Source: Kiritimatiellia bacterium
GTDB lineage: Bacteria; Verrucomicrobiota; Kiritimatiellia; JAQICX01
Reading direction: 5' to 3'
Length of the DNA stretch: 64,000 bases
Assembly (NCBI GenBank): GCA_027858345.1
Contig: JAQICX010000252.1
Span: 5,297-69,296, forward strand
Under the pieces are notes generated by a model, which did no database searches, had not been told where the DNA came from, and saw only the letters and a program-made list of their open reading frames with translations. A program made the translations under genes and the position numbers. How positions within the stretch are numbered: position 1 is the stretch's first letter; each line of letters starts with the position of its first letter. This document shows positions 39,751 through 49,759 of the stretch, one piece after another.

Positions 39751-41508
39751 ATGCGGATGAAAAAGCCCTTTTTAAGTTACAAAGATTATATGCAGGATGT
39801 TTATGGAGAACCATTGTTTCGTATTCCGTTGGATTTGGGATTAGGATGTCCAAATCGTCTGGAAGATGGAACAGGTGGCTGTGCATTCTGTCCGGAAGAT
39901 GGAGCTCGTGCCCAGCAGACAATCAACGCGGCAAGTTTGGCTCAACAGGTTGAGGATGCAACTCGTTTTGCAAAGCGTCGCTATGGAGCAAAATCATTCA
40001 TGGCATATATACAGGCTTTTACAGGAACTTTTGCATCGGCTTCTGAGCAACGAAGAATATATTCGGAAGCACTTTCTCTTTTTAAGCACAAGGCAATTGC
40101 AATTGGAACGAGACCTGATTGTCTGTCGGACGAAACCCTTGATTTTCTGATGGAACTTAATAGTAATGAAGAAGTGTGGGTTGAGCTTGGAGTTCAGACT
40201 GCTAACGATGCAACACTCAAGTTGATCAATAGGGGACACTCTTGGCACGATAGCAGGAATGCAATTTTGAAATTATCATCATTGGGAATCAAGATTGTTG
40301 CACATGTGATTCTTGGTTTTCCAGGTGAGACGGCAGATGATTTTAATAGCACTGCAGAAGAGTTGGCTGCATTACCCATTGATGGAGTGAAACTTCATAA
40401 TCTGCATATCATAAAAGGTGCTAAACTGGGTAATATGTTCGATGAAGAACCTTTTAAAGTTTATAATGAATTTGAGTATGCAGAAGCTGCAATGGAGTTT
40501 ATTCGCAGAATGCCTGAAAATATTCCAATTATGCGAGTTTGCACTGATACTGATGAAGAAAAATTGATTGCACCAAAATGGGGAATGAACAAAAGTATTT
40601 TTTTGAATTATCTGACACAACAGATGGTCATGCTTGGGTATTATCAGGGTGAACTTTGCGGTAAAACTGATTGTGTAGGCACTTTTCAAGATGATGTAAG
40701 TCAGAAGATACTCAAGACCGATGATGGTAGTTTGACTTTCTGGAGTGAAGATTTCAAAGAGCATTATCACTCAAAAAATGGTGCACTTCTTGAGACCATG
40801 GGAAAGTTTATTAATCCTTCAAACATTTCACAACTGCTTCAACAGCGTGATGTTAGGCTATTAGATATATGCTTTGGACTTGGTTATAATTCGCTTGCAA
40901 CAATGAATGTTGCTGAACAGTTGAAAAAACATAAATTGAGAATTACGGCTTTAGAAATTGATAAAAGAGTGGTTTTTAATAGTTCAAAAAATATGGCTGA
41001 TGTATTTGAGTTTCTTGCTGAACGTAATATTCTGAAAAGTATTGTTGACAGTTCTCAATATAGCTCTGAGTTTACTTCTGTTGATATGCTTTTGGGAGAT
41101 GCCAGGTATTCTGCTCAAAAGTTAGATGGTAGCTACGATGTGATATTTCTCGATGCCTTTTCTTCGCAAAGAAATGCAGATCTTTGGACTGTTGATTTTT
41201 TTAAGGTACTGGCTGGTTTAATATCTCCCCAAGGAGTACTTTTGACCTATTCCACGGCTTTGCCTATTTGGGCCGGCTTGATTGAAGCTGGTTTTCATGT
41301 TGGAGAGAGTGCTGGTGGTGAAAAGTTGCGAGGAGGAACCATTGCCTCTTTGTCTGAAAACATGATTGATGAGCCTGTGCCATATGAAAAACTTGCGATT
41401 ATCAAAAACACCACAAAAGGTATTTCTTACAAAGATCCATATTTGTCTGCCCCCAGTCGCGAAATTCTCAAAAATCGCGAGAAAGCAATGAAAAACTTTG
41501 AATTATAA
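39751..41508 (+). CDS. radical SAM protein (TIGR01212/YhcC-YtqA family) fused to an MnmC-type (DUF752) SAM-dependent methyltransferase domain
   Basis: The N-terminus has the Cys cluster 'GCPNRLEDGTGGCAFC' and a TIM-barrel radical SAM region. The C-terminal 'LLDICFGLGYNSLA' and 'DVIFLDAFSSQRNADLWTVDFFKVLAGLISPQGVLLTYSTA' match the MnmC methyltransferase half. Confidence 0.7.
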   Translation: MRMKKPFLSYKDYMQDVYGEPLFRIPLDLGLGCPNRLEDGTGGCAFCPEDGARAQQTINAASLAQQVEDATRFAKRRYGAKSFMAYIQAFTGTFASASEQRRIYSEALSLFKHKAIAIGTRPDCLSDETLDFLMELNSNEEVWVELGVQTANDATLKLINRGHSWHDSRNAILKLSSLGIKIVAHVILGFPGETADDFNSTAEELAALPIDGVKLHNLHIIKGAKLGNMFDEEPFKVYNEFEYAEAAMEFIRRMPENIPIMRVCTDTDEEKLIAPKWGMNKSIFLNYLTQQMVMLGYYQGELCGKTDCVGTFQDDVSQKILKTDDGSLTFWSEDFKEHYHSKNGALLETMGKFINPSNISQLLQQRDVRLLDICFGLGYNSLATMNVAEQLKKHKLRITALEIDKRVVFNSSKNMADVFEFLAERNILKSIVDSSQYSSEFTSVDMLLGDARYSAQKLDGSYDVIFLDAFSSQRNADLWTVDFFKVLAGLISPQGVLLTYSTALPIWAGLIEAGFHVGESAGGEKLRGGTIASLSENMIDEPVPYEKLAIIKNTTKGISYKDPYLSAPSREILKNREKAMKNFEL

Positions 41509-41636
41509 ATTTCAGAAATGTTCTTGAATATTATAGTGACTGAACAATGAATTTATAACCCAATCGTTAATCTTGGATTCAACCTCGAAGTACGATAAAT
41601 GTTTGTTTGAGAAAACTAAAAATTTATAACTAAATG

Positions 41637-42683
41637 CTAATGATTTAAAATACAGTTTTTGACTGATTTTCTTTGTACAAGGGTAGGGGTGATAATTTTC
41701 TTTTCAGTTTCATCTGTCTGGTGGTTGATTTGTTTGAACAACAGCTCAACAAGTTTGTGTATATGTTCTTCCAGATTATTGTCAATTGTTGTCAGTGCGG
41801 GAGTAAAATATTCTGATTCAGGAAGGTTGTCGCAACCAATAATTGAAATATCATCCGGAATTTTTATGCCTAGAGATGATAGCGCAGATATGGAAGTCAT
41901 AGCAACCTGATCATTGTTGCAGAACATTGCTGTTGGCTTTTTGTTGTCATCTGAGGATATCCATTCTTTTCCAAATTCCAAAGAGGCACTGTAATAGTCC
42001 TTGAAATCACCGGTATCTGGACATACAACCTTCCACTTTGAGTCGTAATCTGGTATTGCATCGACGAAGCCTAGAAATTTTGATCCGGATTTCTCTGGTT
42101 TGTCAGATGGAGAACACATGAAATTAATGTTTTTGTGTCCGTTCTCATGCAAAAGTCTTGCAGCAATCTGTCCGCATTTGTAGTAGTCAACCTCAACACT
42201 ATATTTTTTTTCAGGTTGCTGCCCGAAAAATACAGCTGGCATTCCTTTTGGAAGAAGTGCTTCTATTTTAACCAAGTCCTCTTTGTCGTATACTGGCACA
42301 AAGAATAGTCCATCAAATAAAGAATGACTCAAAAACTTTGTCGGATTTTTCTCCAATTCCTCAATTGTGGAAATTGAAAATTGCAATTTGTAATCATGTT
42401 GGTGCAATTCGCGTTCAATATGGCTTAAAAGACGTGCCCAGAATGGATTTGAGAAGTCTCGTAAGAATAAAATGCCAATTTCGCGTGTTTTGCCGCTTGC
42501 AAGTTGCTGTGCAGCACGAAACGGAACATATCCCAATTCCTTAACAGCGATGTTGACTTTGTCTCTTGTCTTTGGATTATAACGTCCTGCATCATTTTTT
42601 CTGTTAAGGATATCTGATACTGTTGTAATTCCAAGTCCTGTATGTTCTGCAACTTGCGATAGTGTGACTCTTTTTTTTCTCAT
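41637..42683 (-). CDS. LacI-family transcriptional regulator
   Basis: N-terminal HTH 'VTLSQVAEHTGLGITTVSDILN' followed by a periplasmic-binding-fold sugar sensor domain. Confidence 0.85.
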   Translation of the reverse strand: MRKKRVTLSQVAEHTGLGITTVSDILNRKNDAGRYNPKTRDKVNIAVKELGYVPFRAAQQLASGKTREIGILFLRDFSNPFWARLLSHIERELHQHDYKLQFSISTIEELEKNPTKFLSHSLFDGLFFVPVYDKEDLVKIEALLPKGMPAVFFGQQPEKKYSVEVDYYKCGQIAARLLHENGHKNINFMCSPSDKPEKSGSKFLGFVDAIPDYDSKWKVVCPDTGDFKDYYSASLEFGKEWISSDDNKKPTAMFCNNDQVAMTSISALSSLGIKIPDDISIIGCDNLPESEYFTPALTTIDNNLEEHIHKLVELLFKQINHQTDETEKKIITPTLVQRKSVKNCILNH

Positions 42684-42706
42684 ATTTTAAACTATTCAAT
42701 AATGTT

Positions 42707-43618
42707 CTATAGAACAATTAATACTGTTCCTGCTGGTTTTAATGGAAGTACATCTGCCAATGTTCCGCCAATTCTAATTTCGTCAAATGTGCATATTGAT
42801 GAACTACCAGAGGTCAAATAGTTGTCAAACATGAAATAGTAGTCTGATTCCAGTCCGTATGTTCCCCAATCACCATAAGCAACTCTTTGTACGTTTGTTA
42901 AGTTATTTGCATTTAAAGAATCAAAAGAAAACTCACTTTTACATAGATTGTTGAAGTTGTCTTCTGTTAAAATCCAAACTTTGTTTGTTGTTGCATATGA
43001 GCCTGAATAGCTTGGCAACTTCATGTTGAGCATGCCCACAACAACCATATATGTGCTATCACTTACTACAGGAATAGTGACTGAATCTTTTGCATCACTA
43101 TTAATTATAGCTTGAGTGTTAAGTACTGTGTCCCATGTGCCAGCATCAAGAAATCTTACACCAAATCGATATGCATCATTTTTTTGGTCGATTGGATCAA
43201 CAGAACCATTTGTAAAACGGTTGCCGACGTTTTGTTCTTGATATGCTGACGATGATGTTGGTCCCGTGTAGTGTATAATATATGTCAGCCATGCATCATC
43301 GCCTCTTGATGAGTTTGCAAAATTGGTGAGTCTCGCAAATCTTATTAGCTTTGTATTGGATGATGTAGATTGCCATGCGTTCCCTGATGTTTCAAGTCGC
43401 CCAAATTGCAAACCATCAACTATCTCTTCTGTTCCACGGGAAACTATGTTAGTGATAACATTTGTCCAAGCATTTGCCCCCCAGGTTCCAGAACCTCCTG
43501 TCTCTGTATCCAAAGAAGTTCCTAGCGTGTAGTCAAAGTTTTCAGATAAAAACAGCTCGGCTTTTGCAAATGTTGCTGTTAGAACAACAATCCCTATCAT
43601 CTCTAGCATTTTTTTCAT
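42707..43618 (-). CDS. secreted hypothetical protein (signal peptide ...TATFAKA), in the carbohydrate locus
   Basis: ORF with a signal peptide and no recognisable catalytic motif. It lies between the LacI gene and a GH gene. Confidence 0.45.
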   Translation of the reverse strand: MKKMLEMIGIVVLTATFAKAELFLSENFDYTLGTSLDTETGGSGTWGANAWTNVITNIVSRGTEEIVDGLQFGRLETSGNAWQSTSSNTKLIRFARLTNFANSSRGDDAWLTYIIHYTGPTSSSAYQEQNVGNRFTNGSVDPIDQKNDAYRFGVRFLDAGTWDTVLNTQAIINSDAKDSVTIPVVSDSTYMVVVGMLNMKLPSYSGSYATTNKVWILTEDNFNNLCKSEFSFDSLNANNLTNVQRVAYGDWGTYGLESDYYFMFDNYLTSGSSSICTFDEIRIGGTLADVLPLKPAGTVLIVL

Positions 43619-43699
43619 TTCATTTACTCCTGTTTAGGTTGTTAGATAATTAATATTGCAATAATAATCGGAACGCTCCGAAAATGCAAGTACTTTTTT

Positions 43700-45415
43700 T
43701 TATTTTTCTGCAATTAATGTTAAAGAGTATCCTGGGACAGTGATTTCTCCTGTTGATAATGGATGAATTTCACCTTTTGGGTTATCAAAGCAGATTTCAG
43801 CTGTGACCAATGTTTTATTACTGTTTAATAAAGTTTCTGCAGGTGGAATAATCATTGCGTGGTCGCTTTTATTGATAACCATTAGGCTTTTTTTGCCATC
43901 TAATCTTTTTATAGCCATCAGCTCTATTTTAGATGAATCAGCAGATATGTCTTCGCAAAGAATTCCGCAGAACCATGGTTTACCCCAAAGGAAAAGGTAT
44001 GCAGGAGTGCGGAGTTGCCCATCGCTTCCCATCAGCCCATAGATATTATCTTTAATATGCCAGACCATCATGCCGGTTGCACCTTTTAAAGCAACTTTTT
44101 TGATAACCAAGGCATCAAAGATTGCCCCGACATTTGTTTTCATTCTTTCATCACGAGTTGTCCATGTCCAGCTTATGTTATATTCCGTTAAGAATGATTC
44201 AAACTTCTTATTAGGATACATTTCTTTTGCTTTTGAAATAAAGTATTCTGCATGTCCGGCCATTGTGTCTGTGGTATCAAAAACTTTCTTATTGCTTGCA
44301 TATGCATCGCCGACTGCATAATTATGCCATGTTATAAAATCAAAATTTTCTCCGCATGTTGATAGGAAGCCTTCAACCCAAAGTGGCTTTGGCCAGGTTA
44401 GAGCAGGACCACCAACTAGAATTGTTGAATCGGCCTCTTTCATTTTCTTTGCAATCTTATTATGAAGATTCCAAAGTTTAGGTAATTCACCGGCTTTTTC
44501 AAATGTGTTATCGCATTCATTTAGGACTTCCCAATACTTTATTGGCAGCTTTTGGTCAATTCTTATATATTTTACAAGCCGTGCACAATATTCCGCAATT
44601 CTATCCTGATCAGTTTCAGTCATGGTTTTTGCATCAATGTTCATCCATTTGGGCCATCCTGGAATATTAATTATTATTTCACTGTTGGTATAAGCATATG
44701 CGTCTTTAAATGCGGTTCCGATTTTTTCATAGTCCCAGTCCTGTTTCGTTTCATCAGACCATGTATCGGCACTGCCGGCATGATGTAGACGAATAAATGC
44801 CGGTTTTAGTTCTGTTATGAATTCATTTACATCTTTACTTGAAGGATTCTTGTGAATCTCATAATCAGCGACTGACCAGTGTTTGCCATTTAGCTCACCA
44901 ATTGACTTGTCCCAGTTTACACTAACATCAATCTTTTCTGCTTTTTTTGTTTCATCAGGTTTCGATGTTGGTTTTGGAGGAGTTGTATTTTTGTCTTCAG
45001 AAAATACTATTGCATCAATTGCAATTGTTTTTCCCTTTGTTGGTCCGGCAATCACAAGTAATTCGTTGCCGAGCATCTCGGGTTGAAAATATCCAAAACA
45101 ACTCCATTGCCACTCTTGAGGTTTGCTCCATATCCACGACAGTTCTTTTTGCGTTCCATCGGTTGACTGTTTGAGACATATTGGCCCGTTTCTATGCCTG
45201 ACCCAAATTGCAACTGGTTGTTTAGGACTTTTTGTTTTTACCAGAGGTTGCCAATCTTTATTTATAACAACCGCTTTGTCGTTTAAAGCACCTTCGATGA
45301 TTTGAACAGAACCATTTGCTTTAATATCTTCGCCTTGAATTAATTCGCCTTTTGGTGTTGCTGCTGATAATGTTATACATATTAATAGTAGCAATGTTTG
45401 AATTGTATATCTCAT
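43700..45415 (-). CDS. secreted glycoside hydrolase, clan GH-A TIM barrel (GH39/GH5-like), with N-terminal beta-sandwich domain
   Basis: Acid/base 'IKYWEVLNECDN' and nucleophile 'FLTEYNISW' lie about 110 aa apart. This spacing and the motifs are classic for GH-A. The family within the clan is uncertain. Confidence 0.6.
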   Translation of the reverse strand: MRYTIQTLLLLICITLSAATPKGELIQGEDIKANGSVQIIEGALNDKAVVINKDWQPLVKTKSPKQPVAIWVRHRNGPICLKQSTDGTQKELSWIWSKPQEWQWSCFGYFQPEMLGNELLVIAGPTKGKTIAIDAIVFSEDKNTTPPKPTSKPDETKKAEKIDVSVNWDKSIGELNGKHWSVADYEIHKNPSSKDVNEFITELKPAFIRLHHAGSADTWSDETKQDWDYEKIGTAFKDAYAYTNSEIIINIPGWPKWMNIDAKTMTETDQDRIAEYCARLVKYIRIDQKLPIKYWEVLNECDNTFEKAGELPKLWNLHNKIAKKMKEADSTILVGGPALTWPKPLWVEGFLSTCGENFDFITWHNYAVGDAYASNKKVFDTTDTMAGHAEYFISKAKEMYPNKKFESFLTEYNISWTWTTRDERMKTNVGAIFDALVIKKVALKGATGMMVWHIKDNIYGLMGSDGQLRTPAYLFLWGKPWFCGILCEDISADSSKIELMAIKRLDGKKSLMVINKSDHAMIIPPAETLLNSNKTLVTAEICFDNPKGEIHPLSTGEITVPGYSLTLIAEK

Positions 45416-46098
45416 TCTTATCCTTTTTTTTGATTTTTAACGAGTATATCGGAGCGTTCCGAAAATTGCAAGTTTTTTTTTGCAATTGCTTCACTTAAGC
45501 TCCTTCCGGGCTATCCACGCCTTGCGGGATAGTCTCGCTCTGAGGGAGGAGGTCACCTCGCCCCTGTCGCGCCGTAATGCAACGAAGGCGGATGCGAGGT
45601 GGGAGGGGTACCTCCTTTATCATTTGGTCAGTTAGTCATCGCGTTGTTCGATTCCAGAGGCCTGTCATGTGAGGCGTCTCTCAACCGCATTCTGCGTAGT
45701 TCGCAGAACTAAGCGGGAAGATCGGCGCCTTATGACCTCGGTTATTCACGCCTTACGGGACTAGCAGAGCTAGCGGAAAAGTGCAGTTTCAAGTTGAATT
45801 ATTGAACCAGCGAATGTCTTGTCGCACTGGAGGAACGTAGGAGAAAACTGACCTCGCCAGCTCGGAATTTTTCCCCAGCTGGCCGATAGGCAGCCTCTCA
45901 ATCTTTATCTTAATCTTCTTTTATGATGGGACTTATGGGACGGATGTGCTTTAAAAATAGCCGTTAAGATGATGGAAGGGGGCGAACAAAAATGCATGAC
46001 CCACGGAAACCGTGACAGAACCAAGATTCGTAATTTAGACAATTGACTTTACTTGTTTTGAATGCTATTGTTGGAAAAAATAAATAGGGTAAATTATA

Positions 46099-47742
46099 AT
46101 GAGAAAAACATATTGTAATCCAATAAATTTGGACTATCGTTTTCAGCCTGAAAAACGGGCAAAAGAAATTTTTAGAGAGGCAGCCGACCCATCAATAATA
46201 TTTTATGATGGATATTATTGGATGTTTATTTCTAAATCAAAGGGATATTATTATTCAAAAGATATGAGGGATTGGTCTCTTGTAAAAACATCGGTTTTAC
46301 CACTTGAAGATTATGCACCAGATGTGCGTGAAGTTAATGGAAAAGTCTGGTGTACGGCTTCAAGGACGGCTGAGCCGTCGCCCATTTATGTGTCTGATAA
46401 ACTTATGGATGGTGATAGCTGGAAACTTGCGGGTTCACCGTTCCCTTGGCATGATCCTCACCATTTTCAGGATGTTGATGGTCGTGTTTATGCATATTGG
46501 GGATGTTCAAATAAGGTGCCGATTCGAGGTGTAGAGTTTGATGCAGAGACCTTAGAACCAGTTGGTGATGTTATTGAACTGTTTGGTGGAAACACAGCTG
46601 AACATGGATGGGAACGTACCGGTGTAGATAACAGTACTGATGCTGCTCCATTTATTGAAGGTCCTTGGGTGACGAAGTATGATAATAAATACTATATGCA
46701 ATATGCCGGTCCAGGAACCGAGTGGAATGTTTATGCAGATGGGGTATATATTGCAGAATCACCATTAGGTCCGTATGAATATCAGAAGCATAATCCATAT
46801 TCTCTTAAGCTTGGAGGTTTCATTAATGGTGCTGGACATGGAAGCACTTTCAACGATTCTTACAATAACTACTGGCATACTGCAACTATGTCAATCAGTA
46901 TGAAATTTGATTTTGAAAGACGAATTGGAATATGGCCTGCCGGATTTGATGCTGACGGAGTTATGTTCTGCAATTGTCGTTTTGGAGACTACCCAACAAA
47001 GTTTGGTGATGGCAAGTGGAATGCAAATGAGGACTCTTTTGCCGGCTGGATGCTTTTGTCTTACAAAAAGCCAGTGACATGTTCCAGTGAAAATGGTGCC
47101 CATGCATCGAATGCACTGAATGAGGATATCCATAATGGTTGGATTGCAGAGTCCTGTCAAGATGAGTGGCTTCAGGTGGATTTGCAAACACTTTCTACTA
47201 TCAATTCAATACAGGTGAACTTTGGAGAATATGATTGCCGGTTTGTTGATGACAATCCTTATCATCAGTATGAGATTCTTGTATCTTGCGACGGTAAACG
47301 CTGGGACATCATTGTTGATAAGAGTGAAAATGTGTGCGATGTTCCTCATGACTATATTGAGTTTGATACAGCTGTTCAGGCACGATATGTTAAGATAAGC
47401 ATTAAGCATATGCCAGCTGGCGGCAAATGTTCACTTTATGGACTACGTGTTTTTGGTAAAGGAAGCGGAACAATTCCTGTTGCCCCGCAAGAATTGTCTG
47501 TAGCCACGGTGGATAAACCTAATACTGCACTATTCAAATGGACTCCAGTTGAAGGAGCTTCTGGTTACAATCTACGTTGGGGGATTGCCAAGGATAAACT
47601 TTATAGTGATAGAATGATCTATGACGATTGCCAAATTGTAATCAGTTCCTTCAGCAAAAACACCACATACTATATCGCCGTTGAAGCCTTCAATGAAAAT
47701 GGCATCTCCGAACTTTCTGACTTTGTCCAAGTCGTTTTTTAG
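46099..47742 (+). CDS. GH43-family glycoside hydrolase (beta-xylosidase/arabinofuranosidase-like) with C-terminal F5/8-type-C (discoidin) and FN3-like domains
   Basis: 'AADPSIIFYDGYYWMFIS' is the GH43 catalytic-Asp motif at blade 1. 'NGWIAESCQDEWLQVDL...YVKISIKHM' is the discoidin domain. 'KWTPVEGASGYNLRW' is FN3. Confidence 0.8.
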   Translation: MRKTYCNPINLDYRFQPEKRAKEIFREAADPSIIFYDGYYWMFISKSKGYYYSKDMRDWSLVKTSVLPLEDYAPDVREVNGKVWCTASRTAEPSPIYVSDKLMDGDSWKLAGSPFPWHDPHHFQDVDGRVYAYWGCSNKVPIRGVEFDAETLEPVGDVIELFGGNTAEHGWERTGVDNSTDAAPFIEGPWVTKYDNKYYMQYAGPGTEWNVYADGVYIAESPLGPYEYQKHNPYSLKLGGFINGAGHGSTFNDSYNNYWHTATMSISMKFDFERRIGIWPAGFDADGVMFCNCRFGDYPTKFGDGKWNANEDSFAGWMLLSYKKPVTCSSENGAHASNALNEDIHNGWIAESCQDEWLQVDLQTLSTINSIQVNFGEYDCRFVDDNPYHQYEILVSCDGKRWDIIVDKSENVCDVPHDYIEFDTAVQARYVKISIKHMPAGGKCSLYGLRVFGKGSGTIPVAPQELSVATVDKPNTALFKWTPVEGASGYNLRWGIAKDKLYSDRMIYDDCQIVISSFSKNTTYYIAVEAFNENGISELSDFVQVVF

Positions 47743-47931
47743 CCATACTTTGAAAATTCGTTTGTTAATATCAAGTAATTGCTACTAAGAAAATTACTTC
47801 AAAAAGCGTATCAAATCATATGTAAAGGCGGTTAGACGAGAAAAAATCACGTTTTCGGTCTTTTTTTGTTGTGAATGACTATAGTTTTTGTTAAATTTGC
47901 CTCAAGTTAAAAAACAATAGAGGTCAATATA

Positions 47932-49071
47932 ATGTTAGTAAGTTTTACAGTAGAAAATTTTTGTTCAATAAAAGAAAAAAATACGCTTAGTATGGAGCGG
48001 ATCAAACGCTTAAAAGATCTTGAAGAAAATATTGTAGAAGATGCAGGGAAAAGTGGTTTGCTTAAGTCTGCTGTTATCTACGGTGCTAATGCTAGCGGTA
48101 AATCTAATATTGTACGTGCTTTGGCATATATGAGGAAATTTATTGGCAATTCGCATGAAAACAGAAGTGGTGATGATATTGATATATATGAGCCTTTTCT
48201 GTTAAACGAGCAGTCAAGAGAACAACCTACTCTTTTTGAAATAAAATTTGTTGTAAATGAAAAAATATATCGCTATGGTTTTAAGCTTGATAAGGAAAAT
48301 ATTCATTCCGAGTGGCTGTTTGAAGGCAACAAAAGTCTTTTTCTTCGTACCAAACAAGAGTTTGACTTAAAAGGAGATGGCAAAACAGCTAAAGATATTA
48401 TTGAAAAAACAAAAGAGAATATGCTTTTTCTATCAACCTGCGATCAGTGGAATGTGAGTTTTGCTACTGAACTAATGAAAAAGTTTTTTAATAAACTTTT
48501 GGTTGTTCCTGGTCATGCAGATGGTTTGTTCACCACTGATACTCATAGATTTGTTGAAGAATCGCTAGAGAATAAGCAAAAAGTCATAGATTTGTTGAAG
48601 TTTGCAGATACAGGTATAACAGACTTGGAGATTGAAGATTTAAAAATTCAGATGCAACATGAAGAATTTGGTTCGTTAAGTTTAAATCAGGAATCAGAAG
48701 GTACGAAAAAGTTGTTTAATCTTGCTGGTTTATATTTTGTATCTATAGCAAATGATAATATTTTAGTTGTTGATGAGTTTGATGCTCGTTTGCACACCTC
48801 TCTTGCTAAAGCTTTAATTAATATGTTTCAACAAAATTCAAACAAGGCTCAACTTATTATAGCCAGTCATGATACTAATATCATGACTAAAGAGCTATTT
48901 CGTAGGGATCAGGTTTGGTTCACAGAAAAAGATATCAAGCAACAAACACACCTATATTCACTAGCTGAATTTAAAATTCGTAATGATGAGGTATATGAAA
49001 AAAATTATTTAGCAGGAAAATATGGTGCAATTCCATTCTTTGGTGAATTTGATTTCTTGGAAACGGAGTGA
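47932..49071 (+). CDS. AAA_21/ABC-type ATPase of an OLD/AbiL-like two-gene module
   Basis: Walker A 'GANASGKSN', signature-like 'SEGTKK', Walker B 'ILVVDEFDARLH', H-loop 'IASHD'. It is 4 bp from the next gene. Confidence 0.75.
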   Translation: MLVSFTVENFCSIKEKNTLSMERIKRLKDLEENIVEDAGKSGLLKSAVIYGANASGKSNIVRALAYMRKFIGNSHENRSGDDIDIYEPFLLNEQSREQPTLFEIKFVVNEKIYRYGFKLDKENIHSEWLFEGNKSLFLRTKQEFDLKGDGKTAKDIIEKTKENMLFLSTCDQWNVSFATELMKKFFNKLLVVPGHADGLFTTDTHRFVEESLENKQKVIDLLKFADTGITDLEIEDLKIQMQHEEFGSLSLNQESEGTKKLFNLAGLYFVSIANDNILVVDEFDARLHTSLAKALINMFQQNSNKAQLIIASHDTNIMTKELFRRDQVWFTEKDIKQQTHLYSLAEFKIRNDEVYEKNYLAGKYGAIPFFGEFDFLETE

Positions 49072-49074
49072 AAT

Positions 49075-49746
49075 ATGCCAATTGATATTAAACAATTTCA
49101 AGATCAAGCCAAATCAAGGGTATATGATGAAGTTGATGAACGACAGTATTTTTTTATTCTTACAAATGGGAAAGTAACAGAGAAAGTATACTTTGAAAGG
49201 TTTAAACACAAACTTCATAAAGGTATGGTTCTTAATGTTGAATTTAAGAATAAGTCACCAGATGGATTATCTAAGTTTGCAGAAAGGCGTTTGAGAAACC
49301 AAAGCATTGTATATGATGAAATTTGGGTAGTTTTTGATAAAGATGATTTTGATTGTTTTGAAGATACTGTAAAGAAATTGTCTAATGGTAACAAGTTTAG
49401 CGTTGCCTTTAGTAATGAATGCTTTGAAATTTGGTTGTTGCTGCACTTTTGTGATATCAATGAGGCTTTGAATAGAGTTAAGTGTTTGAGTTTATTTAAA
49501 GAACAGATTAATTTACATAGCATAAAGAAAAAGTATAGCCAGAGCAGTCAATTAAAGAAACAAGCTAATATTAATGATATTTTAGATGTTGTTGAGAAAT
49601 CTGGTTGCCGAGAAGATGCTATTAATAGGGTAACGACATGGCAGAATAACATGGATGATATTGAGTTTTGTAAAGTTAATCCGTCAACAACTGTTTATAA
49701 ATTAGTTGATAAACTTGATAAGGCTATTCAAAATTATCAAGAATAG
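49075..49746 (+). CDS. RloB-like (OLD-family TOPRIM-like) protein, partner of the ATPase
   Basis: 'IWVVFDKDDFD' and 'SNECFEIWLLLHF' are the hallmark RloB motifs. Confidence 0.7.
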   Translation: MPIDIKQFQDQAKSRVYDEVDERQYFFILTNGKVTEKVYFERFKHKLHKGMVLNVEFKNKSPDGLSKFAERRLRNQSIVYDEIWVVFDKDDFDCFEDTVKKLSNGNKFSVAFSNECFEIWLLLHFCDINEALNRVKCLSLFKEQINLHSIKKKYSQSSQLKKQANINDILDVVEKSGCREDAINRVTTWQNNMDDIEFCKVNPSTTVYKLVDKLDKAIQNYQE

Positions 49747-49759
49747 TTTGGGGGGGGGA

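Noticed and set aside
43700-45415. Assigning the GH-A hydrolase to a specific family (GH39 vs GH5 vs GH30)
   Set aside because: Only the clan-level catalytic motifs (NEC acid/base, TEYN nucleophile) can be read. The family needs a profile search.
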